A stretch of DNA of 50,558 nt. Origin: Bacteroidales bacterium (GTDB lineage: Bacteria > Bacteroidota > Bacteroidia > Bacteroidales > UBA7960). Below the pieces are notes generated by a model that worked only from the letters and a program-made list of their open reading frames with translations, made no database searches and was not told where the DNA came from. Below, in pieces: positions 45,496-50,558 of this stretch; within the stretch, counting starts at the first letter, position 1; each line of letters begins with the position of its first letter. The position numbers and the translations under genes are program-made. The DNA lies in assembly GCA_003556325.1 (NCBI GenBank), contig PWRF01000223.1, positions 1-50,558 of the forward strand, read 5' to 3'.

Positions 45496-48435
45496 ATGAA
45501 GAACATCTTTCTTTCCATGTTAATCTTGCTGATGACTGCCCTGGTGGTCAAGGCAGACCGTATAACGGTGAGCGGTGTGGTGACCTCTGTCGACGAAGGA
45601 GACATCACATTGCCGGGTGTCACCGTAACGGTGCAGGGTACCACACGGGGTACCATCACAGATGGGGACGGGCGATACCAGATCGCCGTACAACCCGACG
45701 ACACGCTCACGTTTTCTTTTGTGGGGATGAAGCCAAGAACTATCCCCGTAGACGGCAGGACGGTTATCAACGTCGGCCTTGAGCTTGATGTCGCGGAGCT
45801 GGGAGAGATCGTCGTTACCGGGTACGGCACCGAGTCGCGCCGCCTGATATCAGGCTCCGTCGGCGTGGTGAGCTCCGAAGACCTACAGGAGTCAAGCATG
45901 CGCACCATCGACGGGGTACTCCAGGGTCGGTCGGCAGGCCTGCAGATAACACAGAGCTCAGGAACGCCCGGCGCCGCCAACGCCATCCGGATCAGGGGCA
46001 GCAGCTCCATATCGGCCGGAAACCAGCCGCTTATCGTGGTCGACGGGATCCCGGTGACAACGGGTGACTTCGGACAGGTAGGCTTCTCCGGGCAAGGCAT
46101 CGACGCCCTCTCAGACATCAACCCCAACGACATCGAGTCGGTGACGGTGCTGAAAGATGCTTCGGCCGCCGCCATCTACGGGGCCAGAGCTACCAACGGG
46201 GTGATCCTCATCACCACCAAACGGGGCGACAAAGCCGAGACGCGTATCAGCTTCAATGCCACAACCGGCATGCAGGACATCGAAAACCGGCTGGAGATGC
46301 TCAACGCAGAACAATGGCATGAGCTGAAAGGAACACAGCCGCCCGACCCCGCCGCCATGGTCGACACCGACTGGCTGGACCAGGTGCTTTCAACTGCCCC
46401 GACAATGAACTATGAGCTCTCAGCACGCGGAGGAGGCGAAGACACCCAGTTTTTTGTTTCCGGGAACTACCTGAACCAGGAGGGTGTTCTGCTGGGGACA
46501 TCTTACGAAAGGCTGAGCGGCAGACTGAACCTGGATCATAACGTGAACGAACGGCTCGACATCGGGCTGAGCATGGGCGTTTCCTATGCCCTGAACAACA
46601 GGGTGGAAGGCGACAAGTCGCTCAACGCACCCCTGGCAAATGCCATCGCCAACCCCGCCATCTACCCGGTATACAACGAAGACGGGTCCTACAACGAAGA
46701 AGCTCCTTTTGCCAACCCGGTAGCCATCGGAAAAGAAGCCATCAACGAAGCGCATAACTACCGGACCCTCGGGAATGCCTTTGCCAACTACCGCATCCTG
46801 CACAACCTCACCTTTAACACCAAGTGGGGCTTTGACTACCTCAGCCTGCGCGAACACAGCTACGACCCGGCCACTACCCGCCAGGGGGCCCGCTCCAACG
46901 GGATCGGGCTGGAAGGCCAGAGCAACGTGCTGAACATCGTTTCGAACAACACCCTGCGCTATGTCAACGTATTTGACGAAGCACATAATATGGAGCTGCT
47001 CGGCGGATACTCCTTTGAGCTCTTTCAGCGCCGCAACTCCTTCATCCGGGGGGTCGACTTCCCCAACGCCTATTTCCAGTACATCAGCGAAGCAGGTACC
47101 ATTTCCAATGCATCCGCAGGCGCCACCGACAGAGGCATGAACTCCTTCTTTGGCCAGCTGAGGTACAACTACGACTACAGGTATATCCTGTCTTTCACCG
47201 CGCGGTACGACGGATCCTCGCGGTTCGGCGAAGAGAACCGCTACGGATTCTTCCCCGCAGCATCTGTGGCATGGCGTATATCGGAAGAAGACTTCTTCAG
47301 GGCCTGGAACACGCCCGTAAACGAACTGCGCCTGCGCGCCGGATACGGAATTACCGGTAACGACGGAATCCCCGACTTTGCCTACCTTTCCCTCTTCGGA
47401 GGAGGTGCAAACTACCTCGGACAGTCGGGCATCTTCCCGCGGGGCATCGCAAACCCGGAACTCAAATGGGAAACCACCTACCAGTACAACGCAGGGCTGG
47501 ATGTCGGCCTCTTTAACGACCGTATCGAAGTCAGCGTCGACTACTATTACAACCACACCAAAGACCTCCTCTTCAGCCGCCCCATTTCCTTCACAACAGG
47601 ATACGGCAGCATAACATCCAACATCGGCGAGCTCGAAAACAGGGGCGTGGAAGTGACCCTCAGCACCGTGAACTTCGAAAACAGGGACTTCTCCTGGAGC
47701 ACCGACTTCAACATCAGCAGAAACAGGAACAAAGTACTCGAACTCTACGAAGGCCAGCCCCTGGATAACCTGGGCAGAGGAAGCAACAGCGTCAGGGAAG
47801 GAGAACCTATCGGGATCTTCTACGGCTATAAGAGCCTGGGTGTAGACCCCTCTACCGGCGACATCGTATTTGCCGATATCACCGGCGACGGACAGATCAC
47901 CTCGGAAGACCGCACCAAAATCGGGGACCCGAACCCCGACTTCACCGGAGGTCTTACCAACCGCTTCAGGTATCAGAGCTTCGAGCTGAGCGTGTTCCTG
48001 CAGTTCTCTTACGGAAACGACATCTTTAACGGCACACGCATTTATATAGAATCCATGAAGGGTGAAGATAACCAGACCACCGCAGTTCTCGACCGCTGGC
48101 AGCAACCGGGCGACATCACAGATGTCCCGAGGGCTACCGAGCTGGACCCGAACAACAACAACCGGATCTCCAGCCGCTTTATTGAAGACGGCTCCTATCT
48201 CCGGGTGAAAAACCTGCGCCTGTCGTACCGTTTCTCCCCTGAGCTTGCCGGCAGGATCGGCATGCGGAACGCACGCGTGTTTGTGTCGGGAGAAAACGTG
48301 CTCACGTTCACCAATTACAGCGGAATGGACCCGGAGGTAAACTACGCGGGCCCGGACGATCTCCGCTTTGGAACGGACTTCTTTACCCACCCGCAGGTGC
48401 GTACTTTTTCAATAGGTGTAAACCTTGAGCTGTAG
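45496..48435 (+). CDS. SusC/RagA-family TonB-linked outer-membrane transporter
   Basis: 979 aa with a signal peptide and a CarboxypepD_reg-like N-terminal domain (ITVSGVVTS...VTVQGTTRGTITDGDGRYQI). The plug motif is IESVTVLKDASAAAIYGARATNGVILITTK. The C-terminal beta-barrel ends in F...L. Confidence 0.92.
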   Translation: MKNIFLSMLILLMTALVVKADRITVSGVVTSVDEGDITLPGVTVTVQGTTRGTITDGDGRYQIAVQPDDTLTFSFVGMKPRTIPVDGRTVINVGLELDVAELGEIVVTGYGTESRRLISGSVGVVSSEDLQESSMRTIDGVLQGRSAGLQITQSSGTPGAANAIRIRGSSSISAGNQPLIVVDGIPVTTGDFGQVGFSGQGIDALSDINPNDIESVTVLKDASAAAIYGARATNGVILITTKRGDKAETRISFNATTGMQDIENRLEMLNAEQWHELKGTQPPDPAAMVDTDWLDQVLSTAPTMNYELSARGGGEDTQFFVSGNYLNQEGVLLGTSYERLSGRLNLDHNVNERLDIGLSMGVSYALNNRVEGDKSLNAPLANAIANPAIYPVYNEDGSYNEEAPFANPVAIGKEAINEAHNYRTLGNAFANYRILHNLTFNTKWGFDYLSLREHSYDPATTRQGARSNGIGLEGQSNVLNIVSNNTLRYVNVFDEAHNMELLGGYSFELFQRRNSFIRGVDFPNAYFQYISEAGTISNASAGATDRGMNSFFGQLRYNYDYRYILSFTARYDGSSRFGEENRYGFFPAASVAWRISEEDFFRAWNTPVNELRLRAGYGITGNDGIPDFAYLSLFGGGANYLGQSGIFPRGIANPELKWETTYQYNAGLDVGLFNDRIEVSVDYYYNHTKDLLFSRPISFTTGYGSITSNIGELENRGVEVTLSTVNFENRDFSWSTDFNISRNRNKVLELYEGQPLDNLGRGSNSVREGEPIGIFYGYKSLGVDPSTGDIVFADITGDGQITSEDRTKIGDPNPDFTGGLTNRFRYQSFELSVFLQFSYGNDIFNGTRIYIESMKGEDNQTTAVLDRWQQPGDITDVPRATELDPNNNNRISSRFIEDGSYLRVKNLRLSYRFSPELAGRIGMRNARVFVSGENVLTFTNYSGMDPEVNYAGPDDLRFGTDFFTHPQVRTFSIGVNLEL

Positions 48436-48484
48436 CCCCTGAACACGCCAATACATTGTAAACAAAAAAAAACCAAGATATATC

Positions 48485-49828
48485 ATGAAAAAATCAATTT
48501 TGCTGCTCCTGGCGCTGTTTCTTTCGTTTTCGGCATGCGATGTGCTGGATGTCGAACCGTATCACAGCATCCCCGGAGAAGAAGCCATAACAAGCAGGGC
48601 AGATGTGGAAAGCGCCATCACGGGCACCTATTCAGCGCTGCAGGCAGCCGGCTATTACGGCCGTAACTACCTGGTAGCAGGAGACCTTCCTGCCGACAAC
48701 CTGACATGGACGGGCACCACCGCAGGGTATAACCAGATGGACAACAACAGCATTCTTGCCGACAACGTGATCGTTGAAGGCATCTGGGCTGCGATCTACC
48801 GGGTTATCAACCGGGCCAACCACGCTATCGTACAGATCCCCCACGTGGATGAACTTACAGATGAAGACGCCAACACCTACCTGGCGGAACTGAAATTCCT
48901 CCGCGCCCTGGCCCACTTCGACCTGATGCGTATGTTCGGCCCGGTGCCTGTGCGCACCCAGCCGGCCACAGAGCACGAAGACGACCTTAACGTGCCCCGC
49001 CTGCCCTATGAAGATGTCTATGCACAGGTGTATGAAGACCTGGACTTCGCCGAAGCATACATCAGGACAAATGTGCAGCAGGGGCTGGCATCCAAGGCCG
49101 CCGTGCAGGCACTCAGGGCAAGGGCGAAGCTCTTCGAATATGCGACCACAGGACAAAACGATGTGCTCCATGCTGCTGCCGCGGAAGCTACAGACGTAAT
49201 CGAAGACTACGGCCTGAGCTTGGTGCCCTATGAATCCCTCTTCGCCGACGGGACCAACAACGAGTCCATCTTCGAAGTGGACTTCTACGAACAAGCCCGG
49301 AACCGGCTGGCAGAGTATTTCTTCCCCACAGCACTGAGCGGAAGAAGGGAATTCTCCCCTACGGAACACCTGTATGAAAAATACCACGAAGATGACGTCA
49401 GAAGAGACCTCTCCATCGGCGTCGACGGCGATAACTATTATGTTATCAAGTACGACGACATCGAAACAGGTACCGACAACGTATATGTGTTTCGTCTTGC
49501 CGAGATGTACCTCATACGTGCAGAGGCTTACGCCATGCTGGGAGAAAATCTGGACCAGGCACGCGACGACGTGAACGCCATCCTGGACAGGGCGGGATTA
49601 AGCCCCATAGATACAACAGACCCTGAGGCCCTGCTCGACATCATACACGAGACCAGGCAGCTTGAGTTTGCCTTCGAGGGCCAACGCTGGTTCGACCTGG
49701 CGCGAAGCGGAAGGGCCGTGGAAGAACTGGACGGCGTAGACGATGAATGCCAGACGCTCTTCCCCATTCCCCTGGGCGAGCTGCTTACCAACTTCCACGA
49801 AGACATGTATCAAAACGAATGCTATTAA
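48485..49828 (+). CDS. SusD/RagB-family nutrient-binding outer-membrane lipoprotein
   Basis: 447 aa with a lipobox (LSFSAC). It lies immediately downstream of the SusC-like gene and carries typical RagB/SusD helices (LKFLRALAHFDLMRMFG; YLIRAEAYA). Confidence 0.9.
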   Translation: MKKSILLLLALFLSFSACDVLDVEPYHSIPGEEAITSRADVESAITGTYSALQAAGYYGRNYLVAGDLPADNLTWTGTTAGYNQMDNNSILADNVIVEGIWAAIYRVINRANHAIVQIPHVDELTDEDANTYLAELKFLRALAHFDLMRMFGPVPVRTQPATEHEDDLNVPRLPYEDVYAQVYEDLDFAEAYIRTNVQQGLASKAAVQALRARAKLFEYATTGQNDVLHAAAAEATDVIEDYGLSLVPYESLFADGTNNESIFEVDFYEQARNRLAEYFFPTALSGRREFSPTEHLYEKYHEDDVRRDLSIGVDGDNYYVIKYDDIETGTDNVYVFRLAEMYLIRAEAYAMLGENLDQARDDVNAILDRAGLSPIDTTDPEALLDIIHETRQLEFAFEGQRWFDLARSGRAVEELDGVDDECQTLFPIPLGELLTNFHEDMYQNECY

Positions 49829-50022
49829 ACATGAGCGCAAGGGGAGAATGGCCTGAAGCGAAGGGACTGGGCCTGCCCTTTGTGCGGGTTGAAGCAGGGC
49901 AGCGGGCAAGGATCTGGCCGGGCCACCCTTTCCCTCTAAAGCAAGAAGCGGTATACGCAGCACCTGGGCTGCGCACCGAAATATAAAATTTGAAAACCAA
50001 CTAGCAACAAAATTACAAACCC

Positions 50023-50558
50023 ATGAAAAACCTTTTGAAAATAATGAGCCTGCTGGTCGTGCCGGCCCTCATCCTTTCCCTGAACGCCTGCTCGGAAGAT
50101 GATATAGATGTGCCTGCGGCCAGCACACAAGCCAATTTTGACTATGAGGTCGAGGTAAAAACTGACGCCGAAACCGGTGAGATATACTATGAGGTGTCAT
50201 TCGAGAACAAATCCCTTCATGCCGTATCCTATCACTGGGACTTCGGTAACGGAAACACATCAGATGAGAAGCACCCTGTTGAGATATATCAGGAAGACGG
50301 CATATATGAGGTGGTTTTGACCGTGGAGCCCGAACAGGACCTGCATTACAACAACCTGGAAGCCACCGAACGCCTGAGCCTGGTATCCACCATCTTCAGG
50401 GAGCGCTTCGACGATCCGGAGCTGGAAGAAGACTTCCCGCCGGAAGGGTGGACGCTGATAGACCTCAACGGCGATGGCCGTAACTGGTACTGGGACAGCT
50501 CCATGGGAGAAGACGAAATGGAGTACTATATCATGTCGGACTCCTGGGATGTAAACAC
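50023..50558 (+). CDS. PKD-domain lipoprotein of the SusCD locus (5' part only, runs off the window)
   Basis: Hand translation from ATG 50023 gives MKNLLKIMSLLVVPALILSLNACSEDD (lipobox). A PKD signature follows (VSFENKSLHAVSYHWDFGNGNTSDEKHPVEIYQEDGIYEVVLTV). It is not in the ORF track because no stop lies in the window. Confidence 0.75.
   Translation, partial: MKNLLKIMSLLVVPALILSLNACSEDDIDVPAASTQANFDYEVEVKTDAETGEIYYEVSFENKSLHAVSYHWDFGNGNTSDEKHPVEIYQEDGIYEVVLTVEPEQDLHYNNLEATERLSLVSTIFRERFDDPELEEDFPPEGWTLIDLNGDGRNWYWDSSMGEDEMEYYIMSDSWDVN

Noticed and set aside
46420-48390. 656-aa minus-strand ORF inside the SusC-like gene
   Set aside because: It is antisense to an unmistakable TonB-dependent transporter. 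The composition is an artefact of GC-rich third positions, and there are no recognisable motifs.

Overview
This window is about 50.6 kb of a Bacteroidota-type chromosome. Supporting signs are a SusC/SusD pair, long-form PurF, ptb-buk, HYR/PKD surface proteins and almost no Shine-Dalgarno signals. I call about 31 protein genes, mostly housekeeping. They include a surface-polysaccharide pair (O-antigen-ligase/TPR, CapD-like dehydratase), purF, add, fructosamine kinase, thpR, lutB and rpiB. They also include an orphan LytTR response regulator, rnr, ybeY, mnmG, a methyltransferase and a large NtrY-like sensor kinase. The rest are buk-ptb, a PLD-family enzyme, hsp20, glnA, deoC, iadA and a SusC/SusD/PKD-lipoprotein locus. 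There is one tRNA-Ala(GGC). A small accessory islet holds a DUF4143 ATPase, a decayed AbiEii-type toxin remnant and an AlbA_2 protein. The left edge carries a tail-fibre-like secreted protein followed by a frameshifted HYR adhesin gene. I saw no rRNA, CRISPR array, transposase, integrase or phage module, and I found no convincing novel multi-gene protein system. The unusual content is non-coding. (1) Four intergenic elements have termini made of inverted arrays of the octamer AATGTGCY, and three share a conserved core. (2) Other intergenic micro-arrays (8-mer GACNTTTC, 7-mer AATAGCY, 7-mer GTGAGTT, and about 55 units of a 6-mer) often abut start or stop codons. (3) A 110-bp tandem repeat sits upstream of the sensor kinase. 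(4) Inverted ~90-bp repeats bracket buk-ptb, next to a 110-bp duplicate of the buk 3' end. (5) A 750-bp AT-rich gap contains DnaA-box-like 9-mers at a gene-strand switch, making it a candidate oriC. (6) The glnA leader has an attenuator-like hairpin. All calls come from reading the sequence and recalling family motifs; no database search or folding was run.
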